DNA of 64,000 nucleotides, from positions 480,001-544,000 of the forward strand of contig CAWEJX010000020.1 of the NCBI GenBank assembly GCA_963809485.1. Direction: 5' to 3'. This document shows, piece after piece, positions 22,097-31,760 of the stretch. The position numbers were made by a program, and so were the translations under genes. Below the pieces are notes generated by a model. It saw only the letters and a list, made by a program, of their open reading frames with translations. It had not been told where the DNA came from and searched no databases. Positions within the stretch are counted from its first letter, which is position 1; every line of letters begins with the position of its first letter. Source of the DNA: an uncultured Acidobacteriota bacterium. GTDB lineage: Bacteria; Acidobacteriota; UBA6911.

Positions 22097-24493
22097 ATGG
22101 CAGATAACCAGCCGTGGACTTGGGAGATACCGGAAACGGATGAGAGCATTAAACGCAACATGTTCCCCCGACAGGACGGATATGACAGGGTGAGCGGCAA
22201 GGCCGTGTTCACCAGAGATGTCTACCTTCCGGGAATGGTGTATGCGAAAATTCTCACCTCGCCTTATGCTCATGCAAAAATCGTAAAAATGGATACAAGC
22301 CAGGCGGAGGCGCTCATAGGTGTACGGGATATCGTCAAATATGACGACCCGGACGTTGTGGATGAAAACGATACTCAGGTGCAGCAGTACAATAGTCTCA
22401 CCCTTCCCGGCATCAGCGACTTTTACAATCATCCCATGGGAGTTGTGGTGATTGCCGACAGCGAGGAGATATGCGACCGGGCGCTGCGGCTGATCAAGAT
22501 AGAATGGGAGGAGCGGCCGTTCATCCTGAATATGGAGGAATCACTGAAGCCGGATGCCCCAAAGATTTGGACCGAGGCGCTGCGCTTTCAGCCTACGGCC
22601 AAAGAGCCCAACAGGTACATAACGCGTGAACAGGAAGTTGGCGACGTCCAGAAGGGTTTCGCCGAAGCCGATAAGGTGCTGGAGTACACCATAAAGCGGG
22701 CTCCGAACACAACGGCAGGCGTCGAAGCCATCGTCTGTGTGGCCCATTGGAGGGGAGAGTTTCTTGACATTTGGGTGCACCACCAGGGCATCCTGCAATC
22801 GAATCTCAGTTCTCCCAACAATGCAAGAGGTATCGCCGGCAAGCGAAAACCAAATCCTGCTCTAACCCACTGGTCTAAAATAACGCTTACGATGCCCTAT
22901 CAGGGTTCATGGTTCGGCGGAATAAACCACATCGCTTGTTCCGTTTCGCTTATCCGTCTCGGCGCCATCCTGGCCAGGAGGGTCGGGAAACCGTTGAAAC
23001 TGCTGTATGACGAAAGCCAGTTCTATATCAATGGCGAAGAAACCGGCATGTTTAAATGCAAGGTGGGAGCCAAAAAGGACGGCACCATCACCGCCTGTTA
23101 CTGGCACATGATGGGATCGAGGAATCCGGTCTTTGAGAAGACGTATGAATGCACCCGCATACCCAATATCCGAGGAACCCAGGAGACGGCGTTCACTAAT
23201 ATGGGACACATCGTTTGTTTCCGGGACGGCACTTCGGGAAGCATCCCTCATCAGGTTATGATTGACCGGGTAGCGGCTGAATTCGGCCTCGATCCGACCG
23301 AAGTGGCGCTGAAGAACGATGGCTGCCGCGGACACGACTGGGATTGGGTCACCCAATACCAGAAAGACAATGGTTTCCCGCAAAGGTGGAGCCTCAAAGA
23401 GGTCCTTGAAAAGGGCAAGAAAGCCATTGACTGGGACCGGAAATGGCACGCGCCCGGAACCAAAAAGCTTGCCAATGGGAAGATGCACGGTATGGGATTC
23501 ATGTACATTAATCAATGGGCATGCACCACAGGCGGAAGTCTAGCGTCTTTGATGCTTCGCGACGGCAAAGTCGCCATCGTGGGTCTGCGCTGCGATCCGG
23601 GAGTGGATTCGGTATCCGGCTTCCGGCAGTGCGTGGCCGCGGCGATGGGACTGAAATACGAAGATACGGTTATTCACGAGCATCGATCCGACAACAGCAC
23701 GTTCCGTTTTGCCCCGCCGGGTGGTTCCCTGGGCACCATCATGACCGTTCCCCAATTGATAATTGCCGCCAGGGAGCTAAAACAAAGGATCCTGCAAGCT
23801 GCCATAACGTCCCCGCCGGCCGCCATGATGCGTCCTGCGCAGCCCGCTATGTTCCCGGGCAAAAAGACCGAGGATCTCGATATCAAAGACAGCATGGTAT
23901 TCGAGAAGGCAAATCCAGGGAATAAGAAGTCAGTGATCGAGGTGTTCCGCTCCTCGTCGAGCAGCGACAATTCGGGCATCGCTCATCCCGCTGCCGGCCG
24001 GGTATCGGGACTGACTGCGGATGGGAAGCCGGATCCGACGTACTACATTATGAGCCGGCAAGCCCACTTCATAGAGGTAGAGGTGGATACCGAAACCGGG
24101 CAGGTTGACATAACCAATACGGTTTGCGTCAACGACGTGGGTCACTGCTTTAATCCTGAAGGCGTCATGGGACAACAGTATGGCGGCGCCGTGATGGCCT
24201 TCGGCCGAAGCGCAACCGAGGAGAAGGTGTTCTGCCCGAATACCGGAGTGGCGCTCAATTATGATCACATAAACTACCACATTGGAACGATGAATGACTT
24301 TGCGCCCGTCCAATGCATCCTTAACGAGAGTCATTTGGGATATTCGGCGTATGGCGCATTAGGCATGGGTGAAAACGTCGGCGCGAGCCTTTCCGGAATC
24401 ACTTCTTCCGCCATATACAACGCCATAGGCAAATGGGTCCTTGACTTTCCCACCACCCCGGACAAAGTCCTCAAAGCTCTGGGCAAGATATAA
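22097..24493 (+). CDS. xanthine dehydrogenase-family molybdopterin-binding subunit
   Basis: RVSGKAVF, SPYAHAKI, EVEVDTETG, DVG, GQQYGG, GMGE, PTTPDKVL. Confidence 0.9.
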   Translation: MADNQPWTWEIPETDESIKRNMFPRQDGYDRVSGKAVFTRDVYLPGMVYAKILTSPYAHAKIVKMDTSQAEALIGVRDIVKYDDPDVVDENDTQVQQYNSLTLPGISDFYNHPMGVVVIADSEEICDRALRLIKIEWEERPFILNMEESLKPDAPKIWTEALRFQPTAKEPNRYITREQEVGDVQKGFAEADKVLEYTIKRAPNTTAGVEAIVCVAHWRGEFLDIWVHHQGILQSNLSSPNNARGIAGKRKPNPALTHWSKITLTMPYQGSWFGGINHIACSVSLIRLGAILARRVGKPLKLLYDESQFYINGEETGMFKCKVGAKKDGTITACYWHMMGSRNPVFEKTYECTRIPNIRGTQETAFTNMGHIVCFRDGTSGSIPHQVMIDRVAAEFGLDPTEVALKNDGCRGHDWDWVTQYQKDNGFPQRWSLKEVLEKGKKAIDWDRKWHAPGTKKLANGKMHGMGFMYINQWACTTGGSLASLMLRDGKVAIVGLRCDPGVDSVSGFRQCVAAAMGLKYEDTVIHEHRSDNSTFRFAPPGGSLGTIMTVPQLIIAARELKQRILQAAITSPPAAMMRPAQPAMFPGKKTEDLDIKDSMVFEKANPGNKKSVIEVFRSSSSSDNSGIAHPAAGRVSGLTADGKPDPTYYIMSRQAHFIEVEVDTETGQVDITNTVCVNDVGHCFNPEGVMGQQYGGAVMAFGRSATEEKVFCPNTGVALNYDHINYHIGTMNDFAPVQCILNESHLGYSAYGALGMGENVGASLSGITSSAIYNAIGKWVLDFPTTPDKVLKALGKI

Positions 24494-24503
24494 GAGGAGC
24501 ACT

Positions 24504-25466
24504 ATGAAGACATGGAAGAATTTTGCGCATGTAAATGCCAAGACACTCAATGAGGCGGCCGCGCTTATGCAGAAAGGCAACGCCGCAATAATTGCCGGCG
24601 GCACCGATCTGCTGGGCACATTAAGGTTTGAGATTCTCCCTACCCACCCGGAAGTTGTGATTAACCTCAAAAGCATTTCCGGGCTGGACTACATCAAGGA
24701 AGAAGGAGGTCTGCTGAAAATAGGCGCTCTGACGCGGCTGGAAGATATCGCCAGAAGCCCTGTCGTCCGGGCCAGGTACCAGGCGCTGGCCGAGGCGGCT
24801 CACCGGACAGCCTCTCCCCATATCCGGGAAATGGGGACTATCGGCGGCAATATCTGCCAGCTCAACCGCTGCTGGTACTTCCGCAATCCCGACAATCGCT
24901 TCAACTGCATCCGCAAGGGAGGCAAGACCTGCTTTGCCCTGAGCGGCGAGAACCGATACCACTCGATCTTCGGCGCTGTTAAGATGTGTGTAGCGGTAAA
25001 TCCCAGCGACACTGCGCCTGCGCTGGTAGCGCTGAACGCCAGGATAAAGACCAACCGGCGGACTCTCGCTGCCGAACAGTTCTGGGACATGGCTGTGCCG
25101 GGATCAACCGTCCTGGCAGCCGGTGAGATCGTCACGGAAATTCAGGTGCCGGCGTCAGCCGCAGGGGCCAAGAGCGCCTTTATAAAGTTTGCCATTCGCA
25201 AATCGATAGATTTCCCTATTGTCAACTGTGCCGCAGCCATAAGCGGAGAAAATGTTCGGGTATGCCTGAACGCCGTTCACAACAAGCCCTACCGGGCAAT
25301 CAAGGCCGAGGAAGCCATGAAGGGCAAACCCATCAACGAGGCCAATGCCGAAGCCGCCGGCGAGGCCGCCATATCCGGCGCCAAGTCGCTTCCCGGTGAC
25401 AGAAACAAGTGGAAGATCCAGATCGCCAAGGTAATGGTCAAGAGGGCGATCGTCGGATGCTCGTGA
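24504..25466 (+). CDS. FAD-binding subunit of a molybdenum hydroxylase (YagS/PaoB-like, with Cys insert)
   Basis: IAGGTDL, IREMGTIGGNICQ..RCWYFR, C..KGG.TC, PSDTAPAL. Confidence 0.9.
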   Translation: MKTWKNFAHVNAKTLNEAAALMQKGNAAIIAGGTDLLGTLRFEILPTHPEVVINLKSISGLDYIKEEGGLLKIGALTRLEDIARSPVVRARYQALAEAAHRTASPHIREMGTIGGNICQLNRCWYFRNPDNRFNCIRKGGKTCFALSGENRYHSIFGAVKMCVAVNPSDTAPALVALNARIKTNRRTLAAEQFWDMAVPGSTVLAAGEIVTEIQVPASAAGAKSAFIKFAIRKSIDFPIVNCAAAISGENVRVCLNAVHNKPYRAIKAEEAMKGKPINEANAEAAGEAAISGAKSLPGDRNKWKIQIAKVMVKRAIVGCS

Positions 25467-25469
25467 TCG

Positions 25470-25796
25470 GGTGCTTCTGCCGTCGACTGTTGGCAGCGCG
25501 ACCGTAACTCCCACACATGATATAGTTTGAGACTCAATTCCATGCAATCAGTTCCATCATTGACACGGTTCAAAAACAATGAAGAGTCTCAGCTGCCCAA
25601 ACAGGGAATGTCCACTGGCGGGAAAAGCCGCTTTCGGAAACATCATCGGCCACGGATTCTACAAAACGAAGTGGGGGCGTCGTCGTCGATATCGTTGCGG
25701 CACTTGCGGCAAAACCTTCTGCTCCAATTCCGGCACGCCCTACCATCGACTTCAGCATCGTCGCACAACTTTCGATGAGGTTGCCACTCTCAGCGC
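25470..25796 (+). mobile_element. truncated copy of the IS1-family element at 38049-39236
   Basis: Near-identical left end and transposase N-terminus MKSLSCPNREC. Confidence 0.9.
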
Positions 25797-25883
25797 TGTG
25801 GGGTACACCTTATGCTTGTTATGATTAAGTGCCGTGCAATCGTGAGGTTTTATAAGGTATAGTTTCAGAAAGGAGACAAGACA

Positions 25884-27611
25884 ATGAAAAGCAGAATATG
25901 CTGGTTTTTGACGGGAGCCTTTTTGGCAATGGTTGTTTTCGTGGGATCTGTGTTTCCGGCGGCTGAAGCCAAGATAACGGTTCTGAATCCGCTAGGCATA
26001 GCCCCTCCGATACGCTTGGTGCCCATGGCGCCGCGTCTCGATTCCCTGGACGGGAAGACGGTATACATCATCAACATAGGTATGGGGAATACGTTCCTGC
26101 CCGGGACTCAGAAGGTGCTTTCCGAGCGGTATCCCAAAACAAACTGGATTTATAAAGACAAGGCTGGCAGTTACTTCGATGACGATCCGAAGCTGTGGGA
26201 AGAGATCAAGGCAAAAGGCCACGCAATGATCGGGGGGGTAGGCCATTGAAGCACGTGCGCACCGGCGGTCGCCGGCCATTGTATTACAGTGGAGAGATTG
26301 GGCATTCCGACAGCTGTCTTGATCACCCAGAGATTTGTAGACATGGTAAAGGGGATTGCTTATAAGAAGGGAATGCCGAACGAGCGATTTATTTACACAC
26401 CTCATCCTGTCGCCACCAGGACGGTGGAGGAGTGCGAGAAATATAATAGGGGCAATGACCCTGTGACCGGTAAGCCCATTGTAGACGAAATTATCGCGGC
26501 GCTGACAAAGCCGCTGAGTGCCGAAGACAAAAAGACGGGATTTGTGACACGGCCGCCGCGGTCTCGGCTTCTGGAGCCCGACACTCCAACGAATCTAGCG
26601 CAGCTTTATTATAAGAATGGATGGACTGACGGGCTTCCCATCGTGCTTCCGACGGAAGAAAGAGTTGCGGAAATGCTTAAGGGAACAAGTCATGATAAGA
26701 ATGAAATCGTGGGGACGATGCGTCCCTCGCCGCCTCACGAGGCCTGGGAGTTTGACGTGGAGATGGTTGCGACAAACGCTGTGATGGCGGGCGCCAAACC
26801 GCAGCACTTGCCGGTAATCCTGGCACTGGCATCAACTGGAACAACCTCCCTCTTCACTTCTACCACCTCCTTCGCCAGGATGGTGGTCGTTAGCGGCCCT
26901 ATACGGGAACAGATCGATATGAACGCCGAGATAGGCGCCATGGGTCCGTGGAACGAATCCAATGCCGTTATTGGAAGGGCGTGGACATTGATTTCCAAAA
27001 ACCTGGGGGGAGGTGGAACTCGGGGCGAAACCTATTTAGGCAGCCAGGGGAACAATCTCAACTATAATAATGTCTGTTTCCCGGAGAGAGAGGATGCGTT
27101 GCCCGCCGGGTGGAATCCTCTCCACGTGCAAAAGGGTTTCAAAGCGGGAGATAGCGTCGTCAGCACGTTCAGCGGTTGGAGCCTTATAAACGGCGGCGGA
27201 TGGATAAGGCCTCGCCATGTGCACATTCAGCAAATGCTGACGGGGTTGTTCCAGAGCGGAGGGAATGGCGGCAGTGCTATGGTTTTGTTGGATCCGATAG
27301 GGGCCAAAGATTGCCATGATGAAGAAGGCTTCGAAACGAAGGAAAAGCTTAGCGAGCATCTTAAAAAGAACGGTACTTCTCCGGCTGCTTCATACTTTAG
27401 GCGCCGCGGCGACGATCTGAAAAAGGCCAAGGAAGGGGTTGAGCCCTTTGCAACCTGGCTGAAATTACCTGAAGGCTCTTTCGTGCCGGTGTCGCCCTTC
27501 GGGCCTAAGAATCCGATCGAGATACTCGTCGTCGGCGGCGCAACGAATGCTTTAATGATGGTTGGAGATTTCAGTTACGTAGCAAGCGCTTCAGTGGACA
27601 AGTGGAGATAG
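25884..27611 (+). CDS. UGSC-family selenoprotein, secreted; Sec at UGA 26247-26249 (U-S-T-C)
   Basis: ORFs 25884-26249 and 26289-27611 share a frame; read-through gives GVGH-U-STCAPAV; hairpin 26262-26275; WTDGLPIVLPT; colinear with the uninterrupted paralogue 29863-31503. Confidence 0.85.
26262..26275 (+). promoter_or_regulatory. candidate bacterial SECIS hairpin
   Basis: CCGGC-GGTC-GCCGG; loop starts with G, 17 nt after the UGA. Confidence 0.6.
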
Positions 27612-27627
27612 ACACAGAAGTCCGAGG

Positions 27628-27668
27628 ATGGGCAAGGAGCAGGAATGAGGCAATGCCCCTTGCCCATT
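27628..27668 (+). terminator. probable terminator hairpin
   Basis: ATGGGCAAGG / CCTTGCCCAT stem followed by T-rich sequence. Confidence 0.5.
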
Positions 27669-27732
27669 CGTTTATATATACGAATGGGGCGTGCGACATA
27701 AATGTGGGTATAAATTAACGATTTCTTTTTAT

Positions 27733-27777
27733 GCCTCCCTATTCTGAATGCTATAATAGCATTCAGAATAGGGAGGC
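27733..27777. repeat. perfect 22-bp inverted repeat covering TATAAT and the downstream RBS
   Basis: GCCTCCCTATTCTGAATGCTAT-A-ATAGCATTCAGAATAGGGAGGC. Confidence 0.9.
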
Positions 27778-27780
27778 GCT

Positions 27781-28194
27781 ATGGCTGACACCCTCGAAAA
27801 CCTCGAAAACCGAAGAAGTGATCTATACCAGCAAATGATGGCCCTCGGTGACTTTCGACCAGGAACGATCTCCGTCAATTACCGTAAGTGCGGCAAATCA
27901 AAGTGTGCCTGTTCGCAACCGGGACATCCGGGACATGGCCCCCAATACCTTTGGAACACTACGAGCGGAGGAAAAAGCCGCGCGCAAAGTTTGCAGCTTG
28001 GGCCGCAACTGGAGAAAACGCGGATGGAATTGGAGCATCACAATATTTTTCTCTGCCTTTGCAAAGAACTGGTTGAAGTTAATGAAAGGATTTGCAGGCT
28101 ACGGCCCGTTGTCCCGATCAAGGATGAAAAGGAACTCGATGCGCTGAAAAAAAAATTGCAGAGGCAGTTTGCTGGGAAGCTGCGCAGGAAATAG
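27781..28194 (+). CDS. DUF6788-family protein (IS-associated)
   Basis: GDFRPGTIS..YRKCGK..CAC....HPGHGPQY. Confidence 0.75.
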   Translation: MADTLENLENRRSDLYQQMMALGDFRPGTISVNYRKCGKSKCACSQPGHPGHGPQYLWNTTSGGKSRAQSLQLGPQLEKTRMELEHHNIFLCLCKELVEVNERICRLRPVVPIKDEKELDALKKKLQRQFAGKLRRK

Positions 28195-28300
28195 ATCGGG
28201 TCGTGCAGCGGGTATTGCGAGATGTCGAACAACGTGGGCATCTCGACCTGGAGGCCAGCGAGATGGCCATTCGCGCCACTTCGCACCGCATAGGCGAATG
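28180..28300 (+). pseudogene. N-terminal stub of an ISKra4-type transposase
   Basis: EIDRVV...GHLDLEASEMAIR overlapping the DUF6788 stop; truncated. Confidence 0.5.
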
Positions 28301-28316
28301 ACGACCGCCGTGTTCC

Positions 28317-28930
28317 TTAACCTCGAAGGTATCTGGTTGCATCTTTTGTAAGTGGGTAGAGCAAGACAGCTTTCCTGGACAAATGGGCTTTGAACTCGCG
28401 ATCCAGTTTGCCGCGGCCTTTGGTGTAGCCGACCAGGAGCCAATTCGCGGCACGGTAACAGGCGCCGGTATACCGCTCGGAATCCACGAAGCTTTCCAGC
28501 AACAGCGGCTGATAGGCGTACAGCCGCTGCCAATCGGCTGCAATTCGTTTCGCGGCAAGCGCCGGCAGCCGTGATGCTAAATTGCGCACGTGGACCCATG
28601 GAAAAATCACAAAACGTATGTTGTTTAGGATATAGCAAAGGTTGCGTTCGCGTTCCTTGCAGTTCCATCCGATCCACCGGTCCCGCGCTTCCACACGCCA
28701 CGCTGCCCCCGCAAAGGAAAGACAGGCGATTGGCTGTCCGGCGCGGATCACAAAATACTTGATGTGCGGCCCGACCGGCACGCCGTATCCCAAGTAGTGG
28801 TAGCGCTCGACATACTCGTTCCACAACTTTTCTTGATCGAGATTGCCTGTTCCACTGACAACCTGGAATGAGGCCGTCGCGATATCTTGCGGACCCAATA
28901 TTGCCAACGGCCTCGGCGCAGATTGCTCTG
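28317..28930 (-). pseudogene. DUF4338 (DruA-like, IS-associated) domain lacking its N-terminus
   Basis: WNEYVERYHYLG, RDRWIGW, NNIRF, NLAS, ESFVD, GACYRAANW..VGYTKGRG. Confidence 0.75.
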
Positions 28931-29125
28931 TGTGCAGAGAGGATTTTCCCGAAGGAACCACCGCGACGCCTTGCGCCATTCGTGCCCGTATCCCATGGCT
29001 GCGGGATTTGGGCGATTGCGTGAATGTTCCCGGCGCTCTTCCCGCTGATGTAGGCGGCAGCGGCTTTCGCGCGTGAGCGCCGGGCATCCCGGATGATTGC
29101 AGGGATGCGGCGGGGCGAAGGGCAT
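28930..29125 (-). pseudogene. N-terminus of a phage packaging-type HNH endonuclease
   Basis: MPFAPPHPCNHPGCPAL..RCRLH...GYGHEWRK..WFLRENPLC, cut before the HNH core. Confidence 0.7.
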
Positions 29126-29514
29126 TAGGCGTATTTCCTTTTGCGGATGATTTCCCTGACGATCGCGGAGGTTCGATCATCATCAAAGGGATTCCTTCCT
29201 GGTAGCGCGGTGTGATCTGATTCCGCTGCTTTCTGATGGCAGCTTTTGCACGTGCATTGAACCCAAATCGGCCCGCTCAGATCTTCGCCGAGCAGGCGTC
29301 CGAGTCCTTCGGCGATGCAGTCAAACTCTGGCCGGAGAAACTCGTAAACCTTCGGCGAGAGGCGGTTGCTGTTCCCCATTAGGGCGCCCAGCTGACGCAG
29401 CTTCCGGAAAGTAAACGCCGGCACCCTGATTTCTTTTCCTTCCGGAGTGACCAAAGGGTGTCCCCATTCTGGGACTACAGGGGAAAGCTGAGGAAATGCA
29501 GCGGCTGAGGTCAC
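29125..29514 (-). CDS. hypothetical protein (possible phage remnant)
   Basis: Stop/start overlap with the HNH stub; CxCxxC motif. Confidence 0.4.
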   Translation of the reverse strand: MTSAAAFPQLSPVVPEWGHPLVTPEGKEIRVPAFTFRKLRQLGALMGNSNRLSPKVYEFLRPEFDCIAEGLGRLLGEDLSGPIWVQCTCKSCHQKAAESDHTALPGRNPFDDDRTSAIVREIIRKRKYA

Positions 29515-29862
29515 TGGTTAAGCTATTCCAGGCAGCATGATACGAGTTATGCTCATCCTGAGTATATTGCTTTCCTGGAGCGCTGTAAAGGCTTTTGTGT
29601 CACAGTTCTCTCCGATCGACCCTGATTATAAATTGACAGTCGCCTCTCTTGATCGATGGACCAGCATAGCATTATAGTAGAGCCTGCGATTTAGACGGTG
29701 GAATGCGTCGCAGAAATTCCAGAATTCGATCGTATGTGCTTCACGCACGTAACCGGCTCTCGCAGCCATCCCGGTCTGAAGCCGGTGCTTTCAATTCTCA
29801 GGCCGCAATCCATGTCATTGCCGGTGCATGAATTGCAGATATTGAGACAGCGAGGATATCAT

Positions 29863-31503
29863 ATGAAAACAAGGAGAGGTGTGAGAGAACATCCGGGCGC
29901 AGGCGCCTGGATACTGGTGGTGGTGTTGATGGCGGTGGCGGCCGGCGCCTGCGCGATGCGATCAGAGGAACTTAAGGCTCTCGATCCGCGCGGATTCTGG
30001 CCGGCCGTCGAGCGGATTCCTTTGACCCCACGGCTGCCCAGCGTAAAGGATCAGCGATTCTATATCGTTATGTCCTGGCCGACCAACTCGGGCTTTGATA
30101 CTGTGGTCAAGGATCTGGAGGGCCTCCTCAAGCAGCGCGGCGCCAAAGAGGTCACCATCAAGCGCCGGAATGTGAGCTATTCAGAAGACGATCCTCCATT
30201 GTGGGCTGAGATGAAGGAGAAATGCGACGCATTCCTTTATGTGGCGGCGCCCTCTTCATCGACCACGTCGTATGCCTTCAAATGGAGCGCGAAACTCGAA
30301 AAAATGGGCCTTCCCGGCGCCGTGGTGAATTTCGACGAACTCAACAGCGTCGGGGACACCACGAATGTGCGCGAAGGCGCGTTGGTGCGCCGTTCGGCTT
30401 TCGGCTACCCGGCTGAAACCATGGCAAAACCGGCCTATGACGCAGCTGTAAACCTTGCCGTCGAAAATCTAACCAAGCCTTTGACGGCCGACGAAAAAGC
30501 CACCGGAATCACCCAGCCCAAGCCGAGGCCGGACGTGTTCGCAACCGGCAATTTCGACAGCATTCAAAAGGCCTTCTACGAGGCTAAAATGACGGACGGC
30601 TTGCCGATCGTGCCGCCGACCGCCGAACGTGTGGCCGCAATGCTTAAAGGCACAAGCCATCCAGCCGACGAAGTTGTGGCCGAGGCATTGATGCCCGAAG
30701 GGCTGAAGGTCACCGTGCGCCAGGTGGCGATCAATGCAGTGATGGCCGGCTGCCTGCCCGAGCATATGCCGGTTTTGCTGGCCACTATCGAGGCGTATCA
30801 GAAACACAATCTGAACTCGATTCTGCGCTCAACCAATCCGTTTTCCTTCATGCAGGTGGTGAACGGGCCGATCGCTCAACAAATCAAGATGAATTCGGGC
30901 ACCGGCGCAATAAGCCCCGGCAATCGAGCCAATGCCTCAATGGGGCGAGCTTTGCGCCTGTTCATCATCAATCTCGGAGGCGGCGAGCCCGGCGTAAACT
31001 TGATGGCGGTAATCGGAAATGTGTCCAGCTATTCCTTCATGTTTGCCGAGAACGAAGCAGAAAGCTCCTGGGAGCCCTTGAGTGTCAGCCAGGGTTTTAA
31101 GAAAGGGGAAAGCACGCTGACTTTCTTCACCGGCGGCTGGGCCCATTCGGGCAACTACAGTTTTGGCTATGCCAGCGAAACAGGGCTGGATGAAGTGGCG
31201 CAGGATATCGCGCGTTACCAGATGAGCGTCGGCGCCACGATCATCGTCTCTCCCAAGTACGCTGAGGAATTTCAGCGCAAAGGCATAAGCAAGGCCGCCG
31301 TTGAGACTTATCTGCAAACCCACGCGACAAGGGCTGCCGGCAGAACCAGGCCGGCACAGGGCGGCCAGGCCGCGGCGAAGCCGGTTCAGGCGTTCCGCGA
31401 AGGCACAGTCAAATTAGTCGTCGCCGGCGGGCATGCCAGTTCGATGATGCAGGCATGGAGCATGTATCGGCCGCAAACTGTATCGATCGACAAATGGCGC
31501 TAG
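29863..31503 (+). CDS. UGSC-family paralogue lacking Sec/Cys at the redox site (S-S-S-T); possible lipoprotein
   Basis: GAGG RBS; AAGAC lipobox-like; TDGLPIVPPT, AINAVMAG, NRANASMGRAL, SIDKWR. Confidence 0.8.
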   Translation: MKTRRGVREHPGAGAWILVVVLMAVAAGACAMRSEELKALDPRGFWPAVERIPLTPRLPSVKDQRFYIVMSWPTNSGFDTVVKDLEGLLKQRGAKEVTIKRRNVSYSEDDPPLWAEMKEKCDAFLYVAAPSSSTTSYAFKWSAKLEKMGLPGAVVNFDELNSVGDTTNVREGALVRRSAFGYPAETMAKPAYDAAVNLAVENLTKPLTADEKATGITQPKPRPDVFATGNFDSIQKAFYEAKMTDGLPIVPPTAERVAAMLKGTSHPADEVVAEALMPEGLKVTVRQVAINAVMAGCLPEHMPVLLATIEAYQKHNLNSILRSTNPFSFMQVVNGPIAQQIKMNSGTGAISPGNRANASMGRALRLFIINLGGGEPGVNLMAVIGNVSSYSFMFAENEAESSWEPLSVSQGFKKGESTLTFFTGGWAHSGNYSFGYASETGLDEVAQDIARYQMSVGATIIVSPKYAEEFQRKGISKAAVETYLQTHATRAAGRTRPAQGGQAAAKPVQAFREGTVKLVVAGGHASSMMQAWSMYRPQTVSIDKWR

Positions 31504-31760
31504 CGCACATCTCATGGGATCTCCGGCCGACGATTGCTTGAGCAGAAGGCCGGAACCGCAACGCAGCCGCGGTTTTGCCCTATAGGGGCTGTTACGGAGT
31601 GCATTGATACAGGGGTATGGTTGCGGATTACTACAGGGTCAGCGTCTATAGAGTTCCCATCATTTCGCAAAAATCACAACACAAGTCTTGTCGGATTTTG
31701 AGCCGTCCATTCCGTTCCCGTTTGATGCTATATAGGGGGAACGGACGGCTCGCCGTGCAG

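Noticed and set aside
28317-29186. Druantia anti-phage system
   Set aside because: Only a truncated DUF4338 domain in IS context; no DruE or other dru genes
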